A DNA stretch of 64,000 nucleotides. It comes from Candidatus Ozemobacteraceae bacterium. GTDB taxonomy: Bacteria > Muiribacteriota > Ozemobacteria > Ozemobacterales > Ozemobacteraceae. Made by a program: the position numbers and the translations under genes. Positions 49,412 through 58,721 of the stretch are shown here, piece after piece. The notes beneath the pieces are model-generated. The model was given only the letters and a program-made list of their open reading frames with translations, was not told where the DNA came from and did not search any database. Location of the stretch: assembly GCA_965140445.1 (NCBI GenBank), contig OZ223236.1, positions 3,392,001-3,456,000 of the forward strand, written 5' to 3'. Each line of letters starts with the position of its first letter. Positions within the stretch are counted from its first letter, which is position 1.

Positions 49412-51745
49412 TTATCTTAATAACTCTAGAATTAGCTCAATTGATTGATTGAATTTTTTTTTATCAATCGCTTTAATTTCTCTGTCTATTGAATTATATA
49501 AGAAATCATCACGAGACCATTTTAACCTACTTTTTAGTCGAACAAAGACCTTCTCAAAAACTTTATTTTCCTTTAAATTATCTTTAAAAAGCTTTTCTCT
49601 TAGTTCTTTCAAGAAAGCCTCATTGCATTGTTTAAACTTAATATTAATTACAATTAAAGCTAGAATAGTTTTTTCAAAAATGCTACAGCATGAATCATAC
49701 TTAGCTGATTTCCTTGCCCAATTGAAAAGTAAACTCCTTAATTCATTAGCAACTTCAATGCATTCAATTTTATAAGCATTAATAACTGCTTCAAAAATGG
49801 TTTCAGTCAGATGAAACGTTTCCAAAAATAGAATTTTATTTTCATTATCGGGAACAAATGAAAATGTCAAAAATAACCAAACTGCTGATTTCCTTAGTTC
49901 TTCCTTTTGAGATGCTTCACATAACCTTGAATTTGAAAGATATAGTAAAATGTTAGAAACATTTTTTATCCAATGAACTATGTCTACAGTAAAAAGAGAT
50001 TCCTGCTTAACAGCCAATTGGAATAATTCTCGGAATTCAAGGTAAAGGCCTTCGCTCCAACTTACAATATTTAATAATATAAAAGATGCTTTCCTAGATT
50101 TCTCAGGCTCATCTAAAAGCTTATTTGCGATTATCGTTAAGCTACTGCAAAAAGAATTTGGTTGAGAGGCATAAAATGAACTTAAATTTGCAGAATGTTT
50201 ACTAAACATTCTGCCATCAGGGAAACTTATTGTAATTTTTGCTAAAAGTGTAATCGTTTTATGTACTTCTTTAACTGAGTATTTTACATTTTGATTTTGA
50301 AACAGTGCAATTATAAAGCTTGTCAGTTCTTGAATGCATACTTGGAATGCTGGATGATTTTTATCTTCAATTAGTTGTTTTTGAGCAATTTGAGAAATTG
50401 TATTTGCTATTGAAACAATATTTTCCGGTTTGCTACCTTCAAGCAAAGTTATACCAGCATTTCCCAATAACCCTATACCAATCATTGTCATATCAGTTGA
50501 TTTCAATTTTAAAGAATTTTCCACAGCGGTACTTAAATAACCCGCCGCAAGTTGGGCATGAAACTTATTTTTTCGGTCATTTTGGTATTCGATTTGTATA
50601 AAAATTTTAACAGCTTGATAGAAAAACCTAAATGCTATATCTAAAGCCAATTCATCTTGTCGTTGTATTGCTTTTAGAGTAAATTGGCGTGCCAATTCCA
50701 GTGTTTCATTTATAAAACTATCTGTGCTTTCATTTAGACCCAGAAAAGGATTTGGATTTTTAAAGGTCTTCCCTCTTATCTCAATGTAAGCCTTATTTAT
50801 ATCTAAAATAACTCCAAAAGCTTCTCTTGCAATCTGATAATCGCCTATTTCAGAATAACGATTACAAAAGGAAAAACAATATGAGATAGAATCTTTTGGT
50901 TGATTTGCCCAGTTCAAGTTTAGTCCAAAATAAATCATCTTTTCTTGGTCAACTGAATCAGAATTTTCATTTGTTTTATTACATGCTTGTTTGTTTACCT
51001 GAAGCAAAGGACGCAACATTTCAATTTTCTTTGAGACAATTTTAAAGAAAGATTTAGTCTCCTGTAAAATAATCTTTAGCTGTTCAACTGGACTTATAAG
51101 AAGAATGGCACGTTTATATGCTAAAAAAATGAAAAGAAAGACAAAAAAAATGCACCAAATATTAGTTAAAAAAACAAAAGAAGCATAATTTGGGTCCAAA
51201 ATAAAAAAGGAAGAAATCACAAGAACATTTATAAAAAAAGTTGTTCCAAAGTATGCTAATAACTTAAAATCCTGGCTAAATTTTTTAAACAAGGCAAAAG
51301 GTATTTTTTCAAAGTTTGTTTGCATTGCAAACATAATTAGGGAGAAGCCAATTGCTGAAGAACCAAAAAGAGCACCAGCAATGGTTAAAATTATTGGCTT
51401 TAGGTTTTCGAAATTGTTATTTGCTTGGAAATATGGAGTAATAAAAGAGTTATAATGAAATATTGCGATAAAGCTCAATAGAAACAGGGAAGCAAAAGAA
51501 ATGAAAAGAATTATATTGAGGTTTTTAAATATTAAATCAAAAATTCGATTGCAGTAATGTTCTATATATAATTGAAGTTTTGATTTCAATAGGGGAAGAG
51601 AATTTTTGAATGATAAGTAACAGTCTTTTAACTTACAAAATTGTTTTTTGACAAATCTTTTAAAGAAAAAAAGATTTCGGGAAAAACAAATTTTTAGTCT
51701 CAAAAATCGAATGTGAAGATTAGGCATTTTTCTCTCTGGTTTCAT
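49412..51745 (-). CDS. large membrane protein (about 4 N-terminal TM plus long helical domain)
   Basis: 777-aa ORF, hydrophobic segments in the first ~210 aa. Confidence 0.75.
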   Translation of the reverse strand: MKPERKMPNLHIRFLRLKICFSRNLFFFKRFVKKQFCKLKDCYLSFKNSLPLLKSKLQLYIEHYCNRIFDLIFKNLNIILFISFASLFLLSFIAIFHYNSFITPYFQANNNFENLKPIILTIAGALFGSSAIGFSLIMFAMQTNFEKIPFALFKKFSQDFKLLAYFGTTFFINVLVISSFFILDPNYASFVFLTNIWCIFFVFLFIFLAYKRAILLISPVEQLKIILQETKSFFKIVSKKIEMLRPLLQVNKQACNKTNENSDSVDQEKMIYFGLNLNWANQPKDSISYCFSFCNRYSEIGDYQIAREAFGVILDINKAYIEIRGKTFKNPNPFLGLNESTDSFINETLELARQFTLKAIQRQDELALDIAFRFFYQAVKIFIQIEYQNDRKNKFHAQLAAGYLSTAVENSLKLKSTDMTMIGIGLLGNAGITLLEGSKPENIVSIANTISQIAQKQLIEDKNHPAFQVCIQELTSFIIALFQNQNVKYSVKEVHKTITLLAKITISFPDGRMFSKHSANLSSFYASQPNSFCSSLTIIANKLLDEPEKSRKASFILLNIVSWSEGLYLEFRELFQLAVKQESLFTVDIVHWIKNVSNILLYLSNSRLCEASQKEELRKSAVWLFLTFSFVPDNENKILFLETFHLTETIFEAVINAYKIECIEVANELRSLLFNWARKSAKYDSCCSIFEKTILALIVINIKFKQCNEAFLKELREKLFKDNLKENKVFEKVFVRLKSRLKWSRDDFLYNSIDREIKAIDKKKFNQSIELILELLR

Positions 51746-51758
51746 TTTTTACAATTTA

Positions 51759-51881
51759 TTATAACAAAAAGCTTTAGATTATCATTTGCTGGTTCCTAAA
51801 AATCTTGCATGAATCAAAGTCGCATAAATTTTTTCTAGGTTTAAGGGCTAATTTCGCAATTTTTGTAAACAGATTAGAGAT
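51759..51881 (-). repeat. possible highly eroded attC
   Basis: ttataac...attagagat; the latter matches partner core atctctaac (53284-53292) except GTT to ATT. Confidence 0.35.
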
Positions 51882-51911
51882 GATTCGAAAAAAAACATTA
51901 CTACTAATTTT

Positions 51912-53114
51912 TCACTTTAAATTTAGAAAAAATCCAAAGGAATTTCTAAAGATTTTTTTTCTTGGAGAAGAAACGTAATCTGTTAGATTGGTACAGTAAT
52001 TCCCTACTGTTGCTGAAGCTCCTGTGAGAAAAACTGTTTCTAAAGGACTTAAATTGTTGGCTAGGCTTAGCCCTGCACCAATTGCTCCCGAGATAAAGGG
52101 GGAAGTGATTCTAAGTGCTGTTTTAATTCGTTCTAAAAAGCTAGCCTTATATTTTTGAAAGTCGGGTAAAAATTCATGCTCAATAAAACAATTTATTTCT
52201 TGTAGCGAATTTTCAGAAAAATCCATGTTAGAAAGCTTAAAAATTGAATTATTAAAATTGCGCCTAAGTTTCATTAGCTCATGAAAAGTATTATTTCTTG
52301 CTTTAATTAACTCTTTTAGCGGAATTTTTTGCAAAATTTCATCCGGGATGATTTCTTCAGAAATTCTTTTTAGACAATATTGAATGTTTGCAAGAGGCAT
52401 TTGCTTAATCATTTGAAATTCCCTTTGAGGGGGGGAATTTGAAGATTTAGATATGTTTTCAGCTTTTGTTAAATAAATTTTTGCTAGGGTCTCGTTTGCA
52501 AAAACTGGAATTAGATTATACTTGGCTGATAAAGCTAATGCTCTATTTAGTTTGGCAACAATTGATAGCATTTGAGCCTCACAATTGTATTTTTTTTCTA
52601 TTTCGGAATCAAAAATTTTTGGCACTTCAGGAATTTTTGGATAGAAGTCACCACCATTTGGTGAAGCCCAAAGCCCTCTTGCTATTCCATCTTGAATTTT
52701 CAAATTTTGGTTAAATTCAACTAAATTTGAAGCTAATTTGATAATCCTCATGTTACCAGTATCAAACTCATAAGCTAACCTTAGCGGAAGCCAGAATTTT
52801 GAATAAAAACCAGTGGCAACAGGATCTAAGACTCCAATAATATCACTTTTTACTGCGTTTGAGAACTCGTCTATTAGGCGCTCTTCTTGTTTTTGAAACT
52901 CAACACCATTCACAAAAGGAAGATATTTTGGATGATGAATCTCCATTCTTTTTTGAGGATAGTAAATTTTGGCAATATTATCTGGAAAAAGATATAAATT
53001 TTCTTTTGGATTTAAAAAATAAACAGAGTCAAAAATTAATATCAATCTCTTTAGACTTGTCATAGAAATTGGTTTATGTGAAATTACCAAGGCGGAAATA
53101 TTTTTGCTACTCAC
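51912..53114 (-). CDS. hypothetical protein (400 aa) with C-terminal small-residue hydrophobic hairpin
   Basis: LKRLILIFDSVYF N-terminus; FISGAIGAGLSL..FLTGASATVG. Confidence 0.7.
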   Translation of the reverse strand: MSSKNISALVISHKPISMTSLKRLILIFDSVYFLNPKENLYLFPDNIAKIYYPQKRMEIHHPKYLPFVNGVEFQKQEERLIDEFSNAVKSDIIGVLDPVATGFYSKFWLPLRLAYEFDTGNMRIIKLASNLVEFNQNLKIQDGIARGLWASPNGGDFYPKIPEVPKIFDSEIEKKYNCEAQMLSIVAKLNRALALSAKYNLIPVFANETLAKIYLTKAENISKSSNSPPQREFQMIKQMPLANIQYCLKRISEEIIPDEILQKIPLKELIKARNNTFHELMKLRRNFNNSIFKLSNMDFSENSLQEINCFIEHEFLPDFQKYKASFLERIKTALRITSPFISGAIGAGLSLANNLSPLETVFLTGASATVGNYCTNLTDYVSSPRKKIFRNSFGFFLNLK

Positions 53115-53285
53115 TACTTTTCCTCTTGTTGGCTAGAAATTGCACACCTTTAGAATTAACTTTATCTTTCAATAAATCGCTAATAGTTCGTCTTGGAAAT
53201 GGCTGCAATAATTCTTTTTTTAACTTTCGAATTTGCTTTTCTACTATTTCAAACACTTGAATTTGTTTTTTTATTAATTCATTAT

Positions 53286-53420
53286 CTCTAACGTCAGTCG
53301 TGACCGGACGCCCAGTGACGCCAACGGCAAACGAGGGAATCGGGACTGGCAGAAAAGTTGCAGAATTTTATGCAACTTTTGTGACAGCTTCGACGTTCCG
53401 CGTCGACGCGCTTGTTATGC
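53286..53420 (-). repeat. attC type B
   Basis: ctctaac..ggacgcc..gggaatcgggactggc..gttatgc. Confidence 0.92.
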
Positions 53421-53423
53421 AGT

Positions 53424-53629
53424 CTATGCTGCTTTTTGCGTTATCTCTTGATAGGAAAATTCTTTGAGACCAGCATTTCTTTTGGCATGCTCAATAGCCA
53501 TATTTACTATGTTGCCTTGTTGATCAACATCTATGTATACATTTTCGCTGATCTCTTTGGTTTCAAAGACTTCGCCATCTTTAAATTCGATGTAAGCCTG
53601 TCTGTATCTGGGAAATATTCAACCTTCAT
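53424..53629 (-). pseudogene. DUF2283-like antitoxin, frameshifted
   Basis: MKVEYFPDTD / AYIEFKDGEVFETKEISENVYIDVDQQGNIVNMAIEHA; span 206 bp = one base short. Confidence 0.75.
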
Positions 53630-53815
53630 CTGTCTTTCCTCCGAAGGATCTGTCAAAAAAAGCATTATGAAAGGTTGCGTCGTCTTCGAGCAAAATTACT
53701 CTGAGATACTTATCTGCTTCAGTAATTTTGGCCCATTTTTTTTTCTGCCATCAGTTTGAATAACAATTTGTTCCGGATTCTGAATCACAAATGTTATCCA
53801 TTCGTCTTTAATCAT
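53619..53815 (-). pseudogene. DUF4258-like toxin remnant, 5'-truncated and frameshifted
   Basis: MIKDEWITFVIQNPEQIVIQTDGR / WAKITEADKYLRVILLED..HNAFFDRSF; frameshift in an A9 run. Confidence 0.65.
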
Positions 53816-53816
53816 T

Positions 53817-53842
53817 GATCGGTGTGCAGCGGCTTGTTACGT
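53817..53842 (-). repeat. half attC (R'' and L'' only)
   Basis: Minus strand ACGTAACAAGCCGCTGCACACCGA; matches partner core aaacgtaac at 54507-54515. Confidence 0.7.
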
Positions 53843-53843
53843 T

Positions 53844-54485
53844 TTACCATATTTTCCACCAAGGCTTAGACCGCTTGAAGCCAAAGAGCGTAATATTTTC
53901 TGGTTCAACTAGTTTAGCATTTACAAAGCCTTCTAACTGATAACCAAAAAACTCCTTTAGAACTTCTTCTCCAAGCTCTAAAGGATGAAATTTGAACGGA
54001 TATTCCTCTTCATCTTCTGGGTCGACGGCTGGATGCACCCCTTCCCAATATGGAATTTCAAAGTCTATCTTTTTACCAATATCTTCGATTATTCCGCTAT
54101 CGGGTGAAAGACTAAGTGATCGCGTTAGCTCACCATCTTCCCATTTAGCAAATGCAAACCAATCGACAACACTATGCATCGCATGTATATAGGCATTCTT
54201 AAATGGAGATTCAGAGATAAAGCGCCTATCTATTTTAGACGGATTGTCTATACCAAACTCTTTTGCAGCGACTACTGAAATTCCGTTAAAGTATCCAGCG
54301 TATATCTTGTCATCCGACGGACATGTGAAAGACAAATCCCCATCGTCAATTCTCTCGAGTTTTTCATTTGGGAATAAGCGGTTCAATAGCGATACAGTCT
54401 TTTCCAAATCCGGCTTTGGATAGCTCTTAAATTTACTTGATGATTGATCATCTGAATAAACAATCATCCATGTCTTCGCCCCCAT
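53844..54485 (-). CDS. hypothetical protein (DUF6928-like)
   Basis: MGAKTW..HAMHSVVDWFAFA.W..G.L.RSLS..FHPLELGE..KPWWKIW. Confidence 0.75.
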   Translation of the reverse strand: MGAKTWMIVYSDDQSSSKFKSYPKPDLEKTVSLLNRLFPNEKLERIDDGDLSFTCPSDDKIYAGYFNGISVVAAKEFGIDNPSKIDRRFISESPFKNAYIHAMHSVVDWFAFAKWEDGELTRSLSLSPDSGIIEDIGKKIDFEIPYWEGVHPAVDPEDEEEYPFKFHPLELGEEVLKEFFGYQLEGFVNAKLVEPENITLFGFKRSKPWWKIW

Positions 54486-54508
54486 TATTGCTCCTTACTC
54501 AGATTGAA

Positions 54509-54581
54509 ACGTAACGTTCTTGGATCACTGGTTTTCGACGAGCGTAGCGAGTTGAAAATCCAGTGCATCCATTTGTTGGGC
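54509..54581 (-). repeat. attC, foreign type (73 nt)
   Basis: acgtaac..ggatcactgg..ccagtgcatcc..gttgggc. Confidence 0.85.
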
Positions 54582-54599
54582 TTTAATCAAATCAATTTA

Positions 54600-55736
54600 C
54601 TATTGGGACACTGGAAAAGTAAGCATCCAAAGCTCCGGTGATTCTGAGCGGTTTCCAATAAAGGGGGCGACTTGGAAAACGATCTTGTTTCCTGAAGCAT
54701 TCCAGTCATAGTCTGAAACAAGGAATCTCTTCTTTTTTTCTTCTTTTTTATTGAAATCTGTGAGCTGAATAATTTGTCCGCTTTGCTTGAGATATAGTTC
54801 AGTCCGCAAAGTATTTGCTTTTGATTTCGGTGCACTCCAATTCTTATCTCCCCTGCTCGATATAAACGCCATTGATTTTCCAGATGGCGAAAAAATACCG
54901 TGTTCATCCCATGTAGCAGGGCTGTCTATGAGTTTCTTAACGTTGGTGCCGTCTTCATCACAGACATATATATCATCGACATATGCCTGTCCGTTCGGCG
55001 TAAACGAATAAATGAGCTTGCCGTCATCGGTAAAACCATGGGTCTCATAGAATCCGCGTCCATTGGGTGAGAGAGTCTTGTGGTTACTGAGCATGTTCTT
55101 CCCACGCTTGCCAATGTCGAAATCCGCAAGATGAATATTCCATCCATCCCACTGATTCTCACCACCAGCCCCGAGGTTAAGTCTTCTAATCCATCGCCAG
55201 GATTTCCCTGTTGCTGTCCTTTGAGCAAAGATGATTTTGGTGCCATCTTTGTTAAAATGAGGGTGCAGGGCAGCATGATTCAATGAGGATGACCAGATCA
55301 ACTGCGCTTCAGTTCCATCCTTATTGATGATCCAAAGGTCGTTATTGATTCCCCAAGCCATATGGTTAAGCAACCTGTGCTTTGAGTTGGTATTCTCAGC
55401 TTGAATTACAAGATGTTTACCGCCGGGATGCCACGCCGGTTGGCCGATAAATCCTCTTGGAATTAATGATCTTGCGGTAAGATTTGTCTTCTCATTGCCA
55501 TTAGGCTGCATGACAAACACGTCGGTATTCTTCATCTCAACATCAGTGATTGAATCAAAAGCAATCAGGTTGTGGTTCTTGCCTTTGTGCCAAGCAACAC
55601 GCCCACCCTTATCCTCTGTCTTGACGACAGTCCACTCTTTATGACCATCTGTTTTGAATGAATCCTCTTCTGCGACGACAAAAGAAGATATGATCAGCAA
55701 TACTATTAAAGGTATGAGCTTTCTTATGAGCTTCAT
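54600..55736 (-). CDS. secreted TolB-like beta-propeller protein
   Basis: Signal peptide; PD40-like repeats (PAWHPGG, PHFNKDG, FSPSGK). Confidence 0.8.
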   Translation of the reverse strand: MKLIRKLIPLIVLLIISSFVVAEEDSFKTDGHKEWTVVKTEDKGGRVAWHKGKNHNLIAFDSITDVEMKNTDVFVMQPNGNEKTNLTARSLIPRGFIGQPAWHPGGKHLVIQAENTNSKHRLLNHMAWGINNDLWIINKDGTEAQLIWSSSLNHAALHPHFNKDGTKIIFAQRTATGKSWRWIRRLNLGAGGENQWDGWNIHLADFDIGKRGKNMLSNHKTLSPNGRGFYETHGFTDDGKLIYSFTPNGQAYVDDIYVCDEDGTNVKKLIDSPATWDEHGIFSPSGKSMAFISSRGDKNWSAPKSKANTLRTELYLKQSGQIIQLTDFNKKEEKKKRFLVSDYDWNASGNKIVFQVAPFIGNRSESPELWMLTFPVSQ

Positions 55737-55750
55737 CGGCTTATCTCCTT

Positions 55751-55852
55751 GCCCAACGACGGTCGTGACCGGAGATGAGAGACGGGCGCGGGTGTTGCGC
55801 GAGCAAGACCCGTGATACGGCCGGTTTTTCCGCGTCTACGCACTTGTTATGC
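55751..55852 (-). repeat. attC type A
   Basis: Consensus type A palindrome. Confidence 0.93.
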
Positions 55853-55860
55853 AATTTTTT

Positions 55861-56154
55861 TTATTTTTTTCTTTTTTTCCAGGTATTTGGACTTCTACGA
55901 AGATGCATTACTGATAAAATAAAAATCTCATTTTCTTCAACGATAAAAACAATCCCAAAAGGAAAACGGTTTACCAAACATCTCCGGATATCATCCTCAA
56001 TTACTGGCCAACCAAGAGGAAATTTAACTATTGCTTGGATGCAACTTAATACTTCTATTGAAAAATCTTGTCCAAGACCGAGTTCGCAGTCTTCATAATA
56101 ATCAATGGCTAAATCAAATTCTTTTTCTGCATCAGGATGAAACGAAATCTTCAT
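55861..56154 (-). CDS. RelE/ParE family toxin
   Basis: FHPDAEKEF..YYE..LG..F..RRC..RFPF..HLRR.P..W. Confidence 0.88.
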   Translation of the reverse strand: MKISFHPDAEKEFDLAIDYYEDCELGLGQDFSIEVLSCIQAIVKFPLGWPVIEDDIRRCLVNRFPFGIVFIVEENEIFILSVMHLRRSPNTWKKRKK

Positions 56155-56378
56155 TTCTTAAATCGTTTTCTTATTTTTGCAAAAACTTCTTCCCCTGGAA
56201 TCGTTTTTACTTTACCTTCTCTGATTTCAGACAATCTAGATTTGGCAACTTTTATCCATTCTTGATCCACTTCTAAATTAGTATTATTTAAAGAACGTAA
56301 CAAAGAATCGATAATAACAATTCTTTCTTCGACTGGTAGAGATTCCGCATCCCTTAAAACATCTTTAACACCGTGCAT
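56151..56378 (-). CDS. addiction module antitoxin (TIGR02574-like)
   Basis: LPVEER..LL.SL..W..R..G.V..IP.EEVF; ATGA overlap with the toxin. Confidence 0.85.
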   Translation of the reverse strand: MHGVKDVLRDAESLPVEERIVIIDSLLRSLNNTNLEVDQEWIKVAKSRLSEIREGKVKTIPGEEVFAKIRKRFKK

Positions 56379-56459
56379 AATTAATTTCTCCTATTATTTT
56401 TATTTTATCACACCTCGGAGAATTAAGTCAGCACGATATGTTTGGATTTTTTTAATTTT

Positions 56460-56561
56460 GCATAACGTCAGTCGTGACCGGAAAAACGAGACGGGCGCGG
56501 GTGTTGCGTAAGCAAGACCCGTGATCCGGCCCATTTTTCCGTGTCGACGCGATTGTTAGGC
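56460..56561 (-). repeat. attC type A
   Basis: Consensus type A palindrome. Confidence 0.93.
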
Positions 56562-56699
56562 GATTGTCACTTTTTTCTTTTTTTTGCACATTTGATAAGG
56601 TCTTTATACGGTCTTGTGATTAGAAATCAATGGCAGAAATAGTCTTTGCGGTACGCGAAACAAAAAACTTGCATTTAAGCTTTATTATAGAAAACCATA

Positions 56700-57509
56700 C
56701 TATTGGGAAAACAAAAGTGCTTCTGCTTCAGCAGGAATGGTAATTCTGTTTTTGCGATAATCATAATCAGAAGTAGTCATTCCTGTTTTTTCTATTTTCA
56801 TTACAGTGCCATCTGGAGAAGGCATCAAAAAAATTACTTTTGAATTTTGAATAACTTTTATACGCCTGAAATCTGATTTTCCCAGCCAATTCTTTGATTT
56901 GTATTCTATAACCTTTACAGTTGGCTTTTGTGCTGGGTTATCCTTGAAACTACTCTCAATACCTTTGGACATTCTTTCCTGCGCAAGAGCCACAGCGGAA
57001 TTATCCTTTGATTCTACGAGAATAGATTCTAAATCTCCAATTTCTTCCATTTTTGCAATAATCCAGACTGGGGCATTTTTATCCGTTTCTGGAGCGGTTT
57101 CTTCACAAATAAAAAAATTTCCCATATCTTGGGCCATTTTTTCATAAGGACCAGCTGGAATCTGCCATGTTCCAGTACCGATCTTCATTGCCGCTTTTTT
57201 GCCATGCCTTATCATAGTTAAAAGTTGCCCATTATGATCAACGGTTTGTTTTGCTAGCATCTTTTCTTGCTCTATTTCAATTGTCATTGAGCTTATCTGG
57301 GCGGGCTGCTCGATTTTTTTTTCGCCAACAGTTATTGTGTTGTATGCCTCTGAAACATCTATGCGTTTAATGTATTGTGCTGAAAAAATAAATTGATTTG
57401 CCTTGTTCAGCATTTCTCGCGGAGTCAGTTCAGCTTTTGCCTGTTGGGAAAAAAGAATTAGCGCAGAGATAGAAAAAATATACCAGACTTGCTTCATAAG
57501 CATCTCCAT
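56700..57509 (-). CDS. secreted hypothetical protein
   Basis: Signal peptide ending AKA. Confidence 0.75.
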   Translation of the reverse strand: MEMLMKQVWYIFSISALILFSQQAKAELTPREMLNKANQFIFSAQYIKRIDVSEAYNTITVGEKKIEQPAQISSMTIEIEQEKMLAKQTVDHNGQLLTMIRHGKKAAMKIGTGTWQIPAGPYEKMAQDMGNFFICEETAPETDKNAPVWIIAKMEEIGDLESILVESKDNSAVALAQERMSKGIESSFKDNPAQKPTVKVIEYKSKNWLGKSDFRRIKVIQNSKVIFLMPSPDGTVMKIEKTGMTTSDYDYRKNRITIPAEAEALLFSQ

Positions 57510-57575
57510 ATAAAATAAATAATGTACATCTTACCTGAAATTTCCTTGGCGAACCAAATTTTCATTTAATTTATT

Positions 57576-57677
57576 GCCTAACGCCTGTCGTAACCGGAAA
57601 TAAGAGACGGGCGCGGGTGTTGCGTAAGCAAGACCCGTGATCCGGCCGGTTTTTCCGCGTCTACGCATTTGTTAGAA
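57576..57677 (-). repeat. attC type A
   Basis: Consensus type A palindrome. Confidence 0.93.
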
Positions 57678-57720
57678 CATGGATTTAAGTTGATTTAAAA
57701 ACCATTTATCTTACTTCATA

Positions 57721-58605
57721 TCAAAACAATGGATCAAAACCCATCTTCCAAGATGTTAATGACAACAAGGCACTCAGATCATTATTCTTCACGCCTTCGA
57801 TAAGATTTTTAACAAGTTGATAGCCAATATAAAATCTTGCACGATAGAGATGACTTTCCAAAACACTATTATCACAACAAATCTTTTCTGCAAAACTTTG
57901 GCCATAAAATCTGATAAGCCAAACCAAGTTATTGGCTGGATCGCCTAAAGAAGCATGCCCAAAATCAATAATTCCATTAATTGAACGCGAATCCGGGTCA
58001 TACAGAATGTGAGGTGGAACAAGTTCCCCGTGGAGCAAACAAAGGTCGTATTTCAACATATCTGAATTTTTTAGAAACGACGAGAAGTGGTTCTCAATCC
58101 ATCTCTTAGCTCTTGTATACAGATGTGGAAAAAGGTATTTGCGAGCTTCGTCGATAGTGCTTTCTATCTCTTGAACTGTGGGTGGGGACACCTGAAGAAG
58201 TTGAAGATGTGAAAATTTTTGAACAGGAATCTTAGTTAGATCAAATAAAAATTCTTCCAATTTTTTGGCGGCATTTCCCACCAATATCTCATCATTGACA
58301 AAACTCTCTGGCTCCATAGCGATTCCAGGAATCATTTTACAGATTACAATGTCTTGAGCACGGGCAATAGCCTCAGGAATTTCAATACGAACGTATTCTC
58401 TAATCAATTCGCAGATAGTAACAGTTTTCTGTGGTGAATATTGCCACGCTTTCTTTGAGTAAAGAGCAATAAATTTGTTTTCTATGATAAGCGCGTCTGT
58501 ATCTACCCCGGCATTACAGATTAATTTAGAGTTTTCGGTATTAAGTTCTGGTAAAAGTTGATTTACAAGGTTCCTCAGTTTTTCTTTATGAATTTGGGCA
58601 GACAC
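57721..58605 (-). CDS. aminoglycoside phosphotransferase (APH)-family kinase
   Basis: LLHGELVPPHIL..GIIDFG..GDPA; GGAG RBS and GTG at 58605. Confidence 0.75.
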   Translation of the reverse strand: MSAQIHKEKLRNLVNQLLPELNTENSKLICNAGVDTDALIIENKFIALYSKKAWQYSPQKTVTICELIREYVRIEIPEAIARAQDIVICKMIPGIAMEPESFVNDEILVGNAAKKLEEFLFDLTKIPVQKFSHLQLLQVSPPTVQEIESTIDEARKYLFPHLYTRAKRWIENHFSSFLKNSDMLKYDLCLLHGELVPPHILYDPDSRSINGIIDFGHASLGDPANNLVWLIRFYGQSFAEKICCDNSVLESHLYRARFYIGYQLVKNLIEGVKNNDLSALLSLTSWKMGFDPLF

Positions 58606-58619
58606 TTTTTTACTCCATG

Positions 58620-58721
58620 CTCTAACGTCTGTCGTGACCGGAAAAACGAGACGGGCGCGGGTGTTGCGCAAGCAAGACCCGTGATCCGGCCGGGTTTTCC
58701 GCGTCGACGCACTTGTTAGAG
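58620..58721 (-). repeat. attC type A
   Basis: Consensus type A palindrome. Confidence 0.95.

Noticed and set aside
53758..53799. ATAAC..GTTAT hairpin resembling a tiny attC
   Set aside because: It lies within the toxin remnant's coding sequence (WITFVIQNPEQIVI) and lacks L boxes
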